Made by a program: the position numbers and the translations under genes. This document shows, piece after piece, positions 49,721 through 58,906 of a stretch of 64,000 nt of DNA. Numbering within the stretch: position 1 is the first letter of the stretch; each line of letters starts with the position of its first letter. Source of the DNA: Anaerohalosphaeraceae bacterium (GTDB lineage: Bacteria; Planctomycetota; Phycisphaerae; Sedimentisphaerales; Anaerohalosphaeraceae); contig JBNRMN010000073.1 in NCBI GenBank assembly GCA_050309605.1, positions 1-64,000 of the forward strand. Direction: 5' to 3'. The notes below the pieces were generated by a model that ran no database searches, was not told the DNA's origin, and was given only the letters and a program-made list of their open reading frames with translations.

Positions 49721-51922
49721 GTGGAACTGCTGAAACGACAAATCTTGACGGCGCTGTCGCGTCGGGACTATTCGCCGCAGCCGGCGCGCCGTCTGGCCGA
49801 GAGCCTGGGGCTGGGCGGTGATGACTATCCGGCGTTTCAGAAGGCACTGGAAAGCCTGCGTCAAAACAGTCAGATTGCGCTGGATGCCAAGAAGAACGTC
49901 ACGCTGCCGCCAATGGGCAACCGCGTGATCGGGACGTTTCGGGCCAATGCCCGCGGGTTCGGATTTATCGTGCCGCTGGAACCGAATGCGTACGGTGATT
50001 TGTATGTGGCGCCGACGGATACGGCCGGGGCGATGAGCAATGATATTGTGGTGGCGCGGGCGGTCAAGAAGGGGATGCGCGACGGCCAGAGACGGTATTC
50101 GGGCGTCATTCTTGATATTGTCGAACGCGGAGGGGCGCGGTTTGTCGGCACGCTCCAGCGCAATGCGGACACGTGGTTTGTCGAACCGGAAGGCAGGGGG
50201 TATTTCGCTCCGATTTTGGTGGACGACGCCGCATCCAGCGGCGCCCGCGAGAATGACAAAGTGGTGCTGGAGATTGTCAGCTATCCCCGTCGCAATGAGC
50301 CGGCCACCGGCGCGATCGTGGAGGTCATCGGCAAGGCCGGGCAGTACGATTCGGAGCTGCAATCGATTATCGCCCAGTATGATTTGCCCACGGCGTTTCC
50401 CGAAAGCTGCCTTGAGCAGGCCCGCCGGGTGACACAGGACTACAATCCGGACGCGGCCCAAAATCGGGCGGATTTGACCGAAGAAGTCATTGTTACGATT
50501 GATCCGCCGGACGCGAAAGATTTCGATGATGCCATCAGTCTGCGCAAAGACCGCGACGGCCACTGGCAACTGGGCGTGCACATCGCCGACGTGAGCGGCT
50601 TTATTCCGATGGATTCGCCGCTGGACATTGAGGCGCGAAAACGCGGCAACAGCGTTTATTTGCCGCTGAAGGTGCTGCCGATGCTGCCGGAGGTGCTCAG
50701 CAACGGGATATGCAGTCTTCAGCCGCAGCAAAAGCGGTTTGTCAAAAGCGCTTATATTACGTATGACGCTGAAGGCAACGTCTTAGGCACGGAATTTGAC
50801 AACAGCGTGATCCACTCTGCGGCGCGACTGACCTATCAGCAGGCCGACCGGATTCTCAAAGGACACGCGGCCGGTTTTTCGGGGCCGGTCGTGGCGCTGC
50901 TGAAAGATATGGAGACGCTGGCGCGGGCGATTGAACACCGTCGGCAAAAGCAGGGAATGCTGCATCTGGATCTGCCGGAGACAGAACTGGTCTTTGACAA
51001 GGCTGGTCGGGTGGTCGATGCCGAGCCGGCCGATACGAGCTATCCGCATACGATTATCGAGATGTTTATGGTCGAGGCCAATGAGGCGGTTGCGGCGCTG
51101 CTGGATCGGTTTGGCGTCCCGTTTATGCGGCGGATTCACCCGGCGCCGGATGCCTTTACCACAAAGAATCTTGCGCGGTTTGTCAAGCTGTGCGGACTGA
51201 AGGTGCCGCGGCATCTGGATCGGGCGGCGATTCAGGATTTGCTGGAGGCCGTTCGGGGGACGCCGGCGGAATACGCTGTTAATAGGCACGTGCTGCGCAG
51301 TATGCAGCGGGCGGAGTATTCGCCGTTGCATATCGGACATTTTGCACTGGCTTCGAAACATTATTGTCATTTTACCAGTCCGATTCGGCGGTATGCGGAT
51401 TTGATGGTGCATCGGCTGCTGAATTGCTATATCGAAGGACGGCTCAATAAGATCGGGCTGGAGGAGGTGCTGCCGGAAGGCGAGTTGATCGAGATCGGAA
51501 AGCATATTACTTTTTCCGAGCAGCAGGCCGAGGATGCCGAGAATGAACTCAAGACGGTGCTGATTTTGCAAATGCTCAGCAAACGCATCGGCGACGAGTT
51601 GAATTGTGTGGTGTCGGGGCTGACCAATTTCGGGGTGTTTGTCCAGTGCCTGAAATTCGGCATTGAAGGGATGATCGAGCCGGGGGATTTGGGGATGGAT
51701 GAGTGGAAGTATGACCAGCGTGCCCAAGCGGTCATCGGGCGATGGTCGGGACAAAGCGTGCATTTGGGTCAGCCGATGAAAGTCCGCATCGCAGCGGTGA
51801 ATCTGCCGAGTCGGCAATTGTTTCTGACGCCGGCTGAGCCGCTTGTCGCGTCACGGCCGGGACGATCGAGTCGTAAAAATATGCGAAAGTCCGGTCGAAA
51901 GCCCAAACGATCAAAACGCTGA
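49721..51922 (+). CDS. rnr: Ribonuclease R
   Basis: GFGF cold-shock domain, TIDPPDAKDFDDA, HIADVS, HFTSPIRRYADL, S1 domain, basic tail. Confidence 0.95.
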   Translation: MELLKRQILTALSRRDYSPQPARRLAESLGLGGDDYPAFQKALESLRQNSQIALDAKKNVTLPPMGNRVIGTFRANARGFGFIVPLEPNAYGDLYVAPTDTAGAMSNDIVVARAVKKGMRDGQRRYSGVILDIVERGGARFVGTLQRNADTWFVEPEGRGYFAPILVDDAASSGARENDKVVLEIVSYPRRNEPATGAIVEVIGKAGQYDSELQSIIAQYDLPTAFPESCLEQARRVTQDYNPDAAQNRADLTEEVIVTIDPPDAKDFDDAISLRKDRDGHWQLGVHIADVSGFIPMDSPLDIEARKRGNSVYLPLKVLPMLPEVLSNGICSLQPQQKRFVKSAYITYDAEGNVLGTEFDNSVIHSAARLTYQQADRILKGHAAGFSGPVVALLKDMETLARAIEHRRQKQGMLHLDLPETELVFDKAGRVVDAEPADTSYPHTIIEMFMVEANEAVAALLDRFGVPFMRRIHPAPDAFTTKNLARFVKLCGLKVPRHLDRAAIQDLLEAVRGTPAEYAVNRHVLRSMQRAEYSPLHIGHFALASKHYCHFTSPIRRYADLMVHRLLNCYIEGRLNKIGLEEVLPEGELIEIGKHITFSEQQAEDAENELKTVLILQMLSKRIGDELNCVVSGLTNFGVFVQCLKFGIEGMIEPGDLGMDEWKYDQRAQAVIGRWSGQSVHLGQPMKVRIAAVNLPSRQLFLTPAEPLVASRPGRSSRKNMRKSGRKPKRSKR

Positions 51923-51986
51923 AAACAACAATAGCGGATTAAAAATCCGCGTGTCCATATGAACCTCAGACAGCAAGGACGTAATA

Positions 51987-52181
51987 ATGGCAAACAAAAA
52001 CTGCAAAGGACATGAATACCATTTGTGTGAACTGCACCGACAGGAATTGCATAAGAAGGACCCGAACGCTTACGCGCATCTGGTGCGCGAGCCGAAATAT
52101 GTCTGCAAAAACTGCGGGCGGGTCGCCGCCGGACAGGCCCATCTCTGCGCGCCGGTTCTGCTGGGTACATGGGACGATTAG
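51987..52181 (+). CDS. Small His/Cys-rich putative metal-binding protein (64 aa)
   Basis: AAGGA RBS; HEYHLCELH...PKYVCKNCGR.A....LC.P. Confidence 0.7.
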   Translation: MANKNCKGHEYHLCELHRQELHKKDPNAYAHLVREPKYVCKNCGRVAAGQAHLCAPVLLGTWDD

Positions 52182-52381
52182 GCTCGACGTTACATGACGG
52201 TGAAGCGTTGAGCACTGCACAAAGGTGCATTTGATGCGTAGAGGAGAGAGCGGGGCCGGTTAAACAAAACAAAAATGGCCTTAAAAGACAGTTTTTTCTG
52301 TTTTGGGGGTTGTTCCGAGAAGCGGTTTTTGTATAATAGTAGGTTTGAATCGAATATGACCCTAATTTGAGGAGAATAGCG

Positions 52382-52639
52382 ATGTGTGATACATGCGGCT
52401 GCGGCGAAAAAAGCTTTGAAGCCAAAGTAAGCGAAGTGATTGATTCGATTCGTCCGATGCTTCAAAATGACGGCGGCGACATCGAATTGGTCGGCGTGGA
52501 TGCGGACAAAACCGTCAAGGTGCGTCTGCAGGGCGCGTGCCGGGGGTGTCCGGGCGCCCAGATGACCTTGAAAATGGGCGTGGAGCGTCTGCTGAAGCAG
52601 AAGATCTCCGAGGTCAAGGAAGTGGTTGCGGTGAACTGA
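52382..52639 (+). CDS. NifU/NfuA C-terminal-domain protein with N-terminal MCDTCGCG
   Basis: GAGGAG RBS 7 nt before ATG; IRPMLQNDGGDIELV, LQGACRGCP. Confidence 0.92.
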   Translation: MCDTCGCGEKSFEAKVSEVIDSIRPMLQNDGGDIELVGVDADKTVKVRLQGACRGCPGAQMTLKMGVERLLKQKISEVKEVVAVN

Positions 52640-52667
52640 GTCGGCCTTTTAGTGTTGATCAGCTGCT

Positions 52668-53609
52668 ATGTCTGAAATATCAAACGCCGAGACAGCGCGC
52701 CTCAGACACGTCATTGTGATTATTCCGGCTTACAATGAGCAGGAACAAATCCAACAGACCGTTGAGGGGATCAAGTCCCTGTCGGCGGAGTTTGAAAACC
52801 GCGGGCTGAGTCTTCAGACGTATGTGATTGACGATGGGTCGTCGGATCAAACGGGTCAACGGGCCAAAGCGGCCGGCTGCGACCGGCTGCTTCGACATAA
52901 GACCAACCTCGGACTGGGCGCGGCGGTGCGGACGGGGCTGTATGCCGCCGCTCGCGACGGGACCGACATCGCCGTTAAATTCGACGCCGACGGCCAACAT
53001 AACCCGGCCGACATCCTGCCGCTGATTGCCCCTATCCTGGACGACGAGGCCGAGGTGGTCTATGGCAATCGGTTTGCCAAAATTGAATACACGATGCCGT
53101 TTGTGCGGCGGATGGGCAATCGAATTTTTACCTGGCTGATGCGGACGCTGACCGGCTGGCCGCTGCGCGACAGTCAGCCGGGCATCTTCGCCGTCAGTAA
53201 AGATTATCTCCGTGTGTTTCATCTGCCCGGCGATTATAACTATACGCAGCAAATTCTCCTGGATGCTTATCATAAGGGGATGCGGTTTGCGCATGTGCCG
53301 GTGTCGTTTCGCCGGCGAACGACGGGCAGTTCGTTTGTTTCGCTGAAGTATCCGTTTAAGGTGCTGCCGCAACTGCTGATGGTGTTAATCAGCGTCAAGC
53401 CGTTCAAGATATTCGGACCGGTCGGCGGCGGTTTTCTGGCGGTGGCGGTGCTGATCGCGGTGCTGGAGATGGGCCTGTGGCTGGGCGGGCGGTTGACCAA
53501 GCCGGTTGAGCATGTGAATTTCGTGATGGGGTTCGGTTTGTTCGGCCTGCAAACACTGTTTTTCGGGTTGCTGGCTGAGCTGATTGTACGGCAAAACAAG
53601 CGGCCGTAA
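52668..53609 (+). CDS. Glycosyltransferase family 2 (polyprenol-phosphate sugar synthase-like)
   Basis: IPAYNE, DDGSSD, N.GLG, DADGQH, two C-terminal TMs. Confidence 0.92.
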   Translation: MSEISNAETARLRHVIVIIPAYNEQEQIQQTVEGIKSLSAEFENRGLSLQTYVIDDGSSDQTGQRAKAAGCDRLLRHKTNLGLGAAVRTGLYAAARDGTDIAVKFDADGQHNPADILPLIAPILDDEAEVVYGNRFAKIEYTMPFVRRMGNRIFTWLMRTLTGWPLRDSQPGIFAVSKDYLRVFHLPGDYNYTQQILLDAYHKGMRFAHVPVSFRRRTTGSSFVSLKYPFKVLPQLLMVLISVKPFKIFGPVGGGFLAVAVLIAVLEMGLWLGGRLTKPVEHVNFVMGFGLFGLQTLFFGLLAELIVRQNKRP

Positions 53610-53639
53610 GTGTCAGCATTTTCGGACTGACGGAGTGTC

Positions 53640-54578
53640 GTGAGCGTCAACCACAAATACCTGCGTGTGCTGTTTCAAGTGCTCGTGTTTGCCGCGTGCG
53701 CATATTATCTGGTGCGCTGCGCGGCGCAGTTGGATGCGTCGCAGCTTCGCCTTGTCTTTCTGCCGGCGGCGCTAGGCGCGGGGGTGTTGTATTTTTTCTG
53801 TACGCTGCTGATGGCGCAGGCGTGGCGGCTGATTGTGTTGGCGTTTCATCCGGTGAATCTTTCGTTTTCGGCGCTGGCGGCGGTGTACTTTCGCTCAGCA
53901 CTGGCCAAGTATATCCCGTCCAATGTGATGCACTATGCGGCACGGCATTATTTGTGCCGGGATCTGGGCATTTCGCAAAAGACGGTACTGGCCGGCAATT
54001 TGTTTGAGATTGCCGTGGTTTTGGCTGCGGCGCTGACGCTGCTGGCGGGGTTTGTTTTTTTTGAGCCGGGGCTGCTGCCGGAGGCGGTCGGGGCGCATCG
54101 ACTGTTTTTGCGTGCGGCGGTCATCATTGCCGCTGCGGGTGCGCTGGCGGTGCTGGCGGCGGTGGTTCGGGGAAAGTCAAAGCAGCTTGAGGCCAGGCGA
54201 TTTTCGCTCAAGGGCCTTGCGGCTGCTTTTGGGCTGGATGCGGTGTTTTTGCCGCTGACGGGGCTGGTGCTGGGCGCGCTGTTTTGGGCAATGCGAGTGG
54301 GGGTTGTGTTTGACGGCGGGCTGGTCGTACGCATCGTATTCGGATACATCGGTGCCTGGACACTCGGATTTGTAACGCCCGGCGCACCGGGGGGATTAGG
54401 CGTGCGCGAAGCGACGCTGACAGCGATTCTCGGCCCGACGCTTGGACACGACACGGCGCTGCTGGGGGCGCTGCTGTTTCGCCTCTGTACGCTGTGGGGC
54501 GAGGTGCTGGGCTATGGGCTGGCGCTGGTGCTGGAGCGGCGCGATGCAGTGCCGCAAACGGAAGCCTCTTCAACCTGA
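53640..54578 (+). CDS. Lysylphosphatidylglycerol-synthase TM (flippase-like) protein
   Basis: KYIP, PGAPGGLGVRE, FR motifs; multiple TMs. Confidence 0.82.
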   Translation: MSVNHKYLRVLFQVLVFAACAYYLVRCAAQLDASQLRLVFLPAALGAGVLYFFCTLLMAQAWRLIVLAFHPVNLSFSALAAVYFRSALAKYIPSNVMHYAARHYLCRDLGISQKTVLAGNLFEIAVVLAAALTLLAGFVFFEPGLLPEAVGAHRLFLRAAVIIAAAGALAVLAAVVRGKSKQLEARRFSLKGLAAAFGLDAVFLPLTGLVLGALFWAMRVGVVFDGGLVVRIVFGYIGAWTLGFVTPGAPGGLGVREATLTAILGPTLGHDTALLGALLFRLCTLWGEVLGYGLALVLERRDAVPQTEASST

Positions 54579-54600
54579 GATGCGTCTTTGCGACCGGACT

Positions 54601-56061
54601 CTATCTGCGTTTTGGCCTCTCCCGTTTGGGCGTATCGGATTGGACTTTGGTCAAGCGGCGACGGAGGATCAACTCAAGACTCATCGAAAACAACACCGCC
54701 AGCAGGGGCAGCGCGGGTTGATTGTAACGGGGGATATTGTGTGAGAAGAACGAATTCAGACCAACCAGATACACGCACAGCAGCACGACGCCGAAGATTT
54801 CCCATTGCCGCGTGCGAAGGCTGCGGACCAGCCAGAAAAACAGGCTGGCAAAATACAGCAGGCTGACGACGATAATGCTGCGAATCATCATCATAAACGG
54901 GGCGCTGACCAGATAGCCGTGTTCGATAAACATACCGCGCCAGGCGAACGGCAGCGTGGCGACCAGATGCCGGAACGGATGGCGCAGAAGCCGGCGGACC
55001 GCTCGTTTCTGAATGGTCTTGTCGCGATGCGAGGCGTTTTCAAATTGTTCGTCCGGCTCGATGAAATGCGTCAGCGCTTTGGCTACGGCATAATAGCCTT
55101 CGGGGTTGCTGCGGTGCAGCTTGACCCAGCGGCCTTGTTCCTGCATGACCTGCATAGCCTTTTTTTGAAAGAGCGGGTCGGGTGTCCACCACAAGAACGC
55201 CCCGCAAAATTCGTCGGCGGTCATGTTGTTGTATTCAGCGCGAATGGCCATCACATCGCCGGCGCGATCGGTGATGTACAACCGTCCGAAGAGCCGTTCG
55301 TTGCGGATCATCCAGGCGCCGGTCGGCACGGCATAGCCGACCAGCAGCAGCACCAGGCACATCAACAGCCGCTTATTATCAAACATCTGCCGTCGGAATA
55401 AGACTATCCATCCGCCGACCAGGATAACAATCAAATACTGATAAATCGCATTGGTCAAGACCAGTCCGCCCAGGGCAAGGCCGAGCAGAGCGAACAGCAC
55501 CGGCTTTCGAGTGCGCAGCGCCAGAACCAGCATAATGGCCACAATCAGCAAAATGACCCCCATAAACAGCTCGCGAAACAGCGAATTCATCGTGAGGATG
55601 GAGGCCTGGCTGAAACCGACCAGCAGCATCGCGATGTAGCTGTAGGTCAGCCGTCCGGTCAGCAGATAGGCAAGCAGCCAGGCGCAGACCGCCGCGACAG
55701 GCAAGAGCGGTATCTGGAGCCTTCGCAGCAGCGTTGCGCCGCGGTCTTTGGTGAAATCAGTCAGCTCGATGGTTTGCAGTTCAGGGCTGAAATGCATCAT
55801 CAGGGTCAGATAGCTTGAAAAGCCCGGCTCACGGCGATTGCCCGGCCGCGGCGGTTCGGTGAAGCTTTCGGAAATCACCTTGTGATGAAAGAGATGATAT
55901 GTCATTCGCGCGTAGGAACTGGCATCCTGAAAATCGGGGATGGCCTCGGTGCTGAGGTTTTCTTTGGCCGTCCAGACCACACAACTTAAAATGACCGACA
56001 CAAAGACAAGGTGCAGAAGCACAATCGCAAAACGTTTTTTTTTCGCATCGTCGCAGCTCAT
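54601..56061 (-). CDS. Polytopic membrane protein, ArnT/GT-C-like glycosyltransferase
   Basis: DA..Y, R.PG, E, W.IRN, PRY motifs; about 11 TMs. Confidence 0.65.
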   Translation of the reverse strand: MSCDDAKKKRFAIVLLHLVFVSVILSCVVWTAKENLSTEAIPDFQDASSYARMTYHLFHHKVISESFTEPPRPGNRREPGFSSYLTLMMHFSPELQTIELTDFTKDRGATLLRRLQIPLLPVAAVCAWLLAYLLTGRLTYSYIAMLLVGFSQASILTMNSLFRELFMGVILLIVAIMLVLALRTRKPVLFALLGLALGGLVLTNAIYQYLIVILVGGWIVLFRRQMFDNKRLLMCLVLLLVGYAVPTGAWMIRNERLFGRLYITDRAGDVMAIRAEYNNMTADEFCGAFLWWTPDPLFQKKAMQVMQEQGRWVKLHRSNPEGYYAVAKALTHFIEPDEQFENASHRDKTIQKRAVRRLLRHPFRHLVATLPFAWRGMFIEHGYLVSAPFMMMIRSIIVVSLLYFASLFFWLVRSLRTRQWEIFGVVLLCVYLVGLNSFFSHNIPRYNQPALPLLAVLFSMSLELILRRRLTKVQSDTPKRERPKRR

Positions 56062-56124
56062 CCATCCAATTCCTTTTTTATCGATACGTTAATTATCAAC
56101 CCAATACGTAATACGCTTAAACTC

Positions 56125-56158
56125 GGCACCCGCAAGCTGCGCTTGAAGGTGCCACCCG
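56125..56158. repeat. Intergenic GC-rich imperfect palindrome (REP-like)
   Basis: GGCACC..CAAGC-TGC-GCTTG..GGTGCC hairpin with no U-tract directly at the stem base; single copy in the window. Confidence 0.35.
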
Positions 56159-56237
56159 TTTTCAACTGCCTATTGATAATTGTCTATTGATTATTTTCTG
56201 TCTTTGCAGAGGTCACCCGTCGGTCATCTCCTTTTAT

Positions 56238-57317
56238 TTAGTCGTGCAGAGATCTTTGAGTCGTCTCCTGCGGGATCGTTTGTGCGATGGACTCGGCAAA
56301 CGGCGGTCGCAGGATGCCGTGTTCGGTGATAAAGGCGGTGATGTATTGAGCACCGGTGACATCAAAGGCCGGATTCCAGGTCTCAACTTGCGGCGGTGTG
56401 ATCAACGTCTCATTGAAGCGGCGAATCTCGTTGCCGTCGCGCTGCTCAATGGGAATAGCCGCGCCGTCGGGCAGGCTCCGATCAAAGGTGCTTGACGGTG
56501 CGGCGACATAAAACGGGATGTGATAATGCCGAGCGAGGATGCTCAGGCCGAGTGTGCCGATTTTGTTGGCGGTATCGCCGTTGGCGGCGATGCGATCGGC
56601 CCCCACGAACACCGCCTGAATGCGCCCGGCCTGCATCAGCGCTGCGGCCATTGCATCGCAGATGACGACCGTTTCGATGCCCGCCTGCGTCAATTCCCAG
56701 GCCGTCAGCCGGGCGCCCTGCAACAGGGGACGGGTTTCATCCGCATAGACGGTAAATCGCTTGTGCTGCCGACGAGCGACATAGAACGGCGCCAGCGCCG
56801 TACCGATGCCCGTGGTGGCCAGGGCGCCGGCATTGCAATGGGTCAGCACCGCTTGGCCGTCCGGCACCAGCGGCGCACCGCAGCGGCCGATGGCCTGACA
56901 GTTATCCTGTTCCTGTTGATTAATGGTGTGCGCTTCGTCCAGAAGGCGCTGCTTGAATTCTGCGGTGCAGGTCAGCGACGCTTGCGCAGCGGCTTTCATT
57001 CGGTTCAGTGCGGCAAACAGATTGACCGCCGTGGGGCGGCTGGAAGCCAGATGCAGCGTGGTTTGGGCGACAAGCGTTTTGGCTTCCGCAAGCGGCGTCT
57101 TTTCGGGTTTGTTCCGCAGTGACAGACACACGCCGTAGGCTGCGGCAACCCCGATGGCCGGCGCACCGCGGACGGCCAGCGTGCGAATCGCTTCGTAAAC
57201 CTGCTGCGGGGTTTGACACTGTAATCGCTCAACGCGCTGCGGCAGCAGCCGCTGGTCGAGCAAGTCCAACACCCCGTCGGCGTCGCCGACCCATTTGACC
57301 GTTTTTACCGGCAGCAT
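56238..57317 (-). CDS. mtnA: S-methyl-5-thioribose-1-phosphate isomerase
   Basis: LDQRLLP, VRGAPAIG, RPTAVNL, THCNAGALAT, ETRPLLQGARLT, GADRIAANGD.ANKIGT, NPAFDVT. Confidence 0.95.
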   Translation of the reverse strand: MLPVKTVKWVGDADGVLDLLDQRLLPQRVERLQCQTPQQVYEAIRTLAVRGAPAIGVAAAYGVCLSLRNKPEKTPLAEAKTLVAQTTLHLASSRPTAVNLFAALNRMKAAAQASLTCTAEFKQRLLDEAHTINQQEQDNCQAIGRCGAPLVPDGQAVLTHCNAGALATTGIGTALAPFYVARRQHKRFTVYADETRPLLQGARLTAWELTQAGIETVVICDAMAAALMQAGRIQAVFVGADRIAANGDTANKIGTLGLSILARHYHIPFYVAAPSSTFDRSLPDGAAIPIEQRDGNEIRRFNETLITPPQVETWNPAFDVTGAQYITAFITEHGILRPPFAESIAQTIPQETTQRSLHD

Positions 57318-57324
57318 AAGGCTT

Positions 57325-58197
57325 TCAATACACGATGGCGGCATAGCCGACGGATTCGTCGCTGGTCTGATTAAAGCGTTTGAGCAGGACATCATTGCTG
57401 GTGGTATGGGCCAGCAGGACGCCGTGGCTGCGTCCCATTGCACGAACGGCGGCTGTGAGCGTGGCCACGGCCGCCGGGCCGCAGGCGTTGCCTTTGTGCA
57501 TCGCCTCAGCGACGATCTTGTCGGTCTCCATCCGCAGCGCCAAATCGATGAACTGCATATCGTTGACCTCGCTGGCCCATTGCAGGGCCGACGGGCCGAC
57601 GCCTTCAGGACAGAAACCGTAACGCGGGCCGTAATGGGTTAAATCGGTTGAGGCGATGCAGACAACGTGTTTGTCTTTGAGTCGGCTGATCATTTCACCG
57701 ATGCGCGTGCCGAACTGTGGATCAAAACCGGCTACCGGCACAATAATCGGCACAATTTTGGCCTTGGCAAACAGGTGCTGGATAAACGGGATCTGCACCT
57801 CGATACTGTGCTCATCGCGATGGGCCTCCGGATCGGAGCGTCCGCCGCAGCCGATGATCTCGGCCGCCAGCGGTTCATCGACCGCGGCCAGCCCCAGCGG
57901 TGTTTCCCAGGCGCCCCGATCATAGACTGCCGGAGCGCTGTCTAAATACCGGTGGGCGGCGCCGAAAATCACAAACGTATCGACGTCGGGGTTGGTTTGT
58001 CGCACGGCCTGAAACGCCAGCGCCGCAAGCTCGCCGCTGAAGATCCAGCCGGCGTGCGGCACCATCGCCCCAATGACGGGCGAAGGCAGTTCTGCCCCCG
58101 GCGGCTCGGTCGGCAGACATTGACGAATCTCTTCGAGGCATTCGGCCGCTGAAGCTCCATAAAACTGACCGGCGACAGCAGGTTTTCGTACCGTCAT
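57325..58197 (-). CDS. amrB: AmmeMemoRadiSam system protein B (MEMO1 family)
   Basis: RKPAVAGQFY, PHAGWIFSG, WETPLG, EHSIEVQIPF, ASTDLTHYG, ACG, VGYA; alternative start at 58230. Confidence 0.9.
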   Translation of the reverse strand: MTVRKPAVAGQFYGASAAECLEEIRQCLPTEPPGAELPSPVIGAMVPHAGWIFSGELAALAFQAVRQTNPDVDTFVIFGAAHRYLDSAPAVYDRGAWETPLGLAAVDEPLAAEIIGCGGRSDPEAHRDEHSIEVQIPFIQHLFAKAKIVPIIVPVAGFDPQFGTRIGEMISRLKDKHVVCIASTDLTHYGPRYGFCPEGVGPSALQWASEVNDMQFIDLALRMETDKIVAEAMHKGNACGPAAVATLTAAVRAMGRSHGVLLAHTTSNDVLLKRFNQTSDESVGYAAIVY

Positions 58198-58312
58198 TTT
58201 CAGTCTCCCTTTCAGCTTACCGTCTTGCATTATGACCTCCCGTAGAGTATAGTACCTTCGAATTTGGCTGATTTGTTCATTACTATTGTAACCCGAATGA
58301 AAGGAAAAGACA

Positions 58313-58822
58313 ATGCCGACTGCCGGAAAAAGCGCCCCGGTGGCCATTTTGATGGGTTCCGACAGCGATTTGCCGACCATGCAGAGGTGTATTGACCAAT
58401 TGAAGGCATTTGGGGTGGATCCGATTGTCCGCATCTTGTCAGCGCACCGGACGCCGCAGGCCGCGATGGAATTTGCCGCAAATGCTTCTGACAACGGGAT
58501 TAAGGTGATTATTGCCGCGGCGGGGATGGCCGCACATCTGGCCGGGGCGATGGCCGCGCATTCACAATTGCCGATTATCGGCGTGCCGATGCAGGCCAAA
58601 GAAGGTCCCTGTGGGCTGGATGCGCTGCTCAGCACGGTGCAGATGCCGCCGGGGATGCCGGTTGCCTCAATGGCGATCGGCAAGGCCGGGGCAAAAAACG
58701 CGGCTGTTTTTGCCGTGCAGATTCTGGCGCTGGCGGATACAGAACTTGCCAAAAGGCTCAGTGCATTTCGCAAGGCCCAGACCGAAGCCGTCCTGAAAAA
58801 AGACGCCGAGCTGAACACGTAA
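58313..58822 (+). CDS. purE: N5-CAIR mutase
   Basis: MGSDSD, SAHRTP, AGMAAHLAG, GLDALLSTVQMPPG.PVA. Confidence 0.96.
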   Translation: MPTAGKSAPVAILMGSDSDLPTMQRCIDQLKAFGVDPIVRILSAHRTPQAAMEFAANASDNGIKVIIAAAGMAAHLAGAMAAHSQLPIIGVPMQAKEGPCGLDALLSTVQMPPGMPVASMAIGKAGAKNAAVFAVQILALADTELAKRLSAFRKAQTEAVLKKDAELNT

Positions 58823-58906
58823 TTTGGTAAGCAGTTTGGTATGATAAGGCACAATTGACCCATCCCTGACGATGGTCAGAGGTGGGTTTCATGGCAGCCG
58901 TACGAC

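Noticed and set aside
58231..58863. 512-aa version of the MEMO ORF
   Set aside because: The extension is the antisense shadow of purE; MEMO similarity begins at RKPAVAG.
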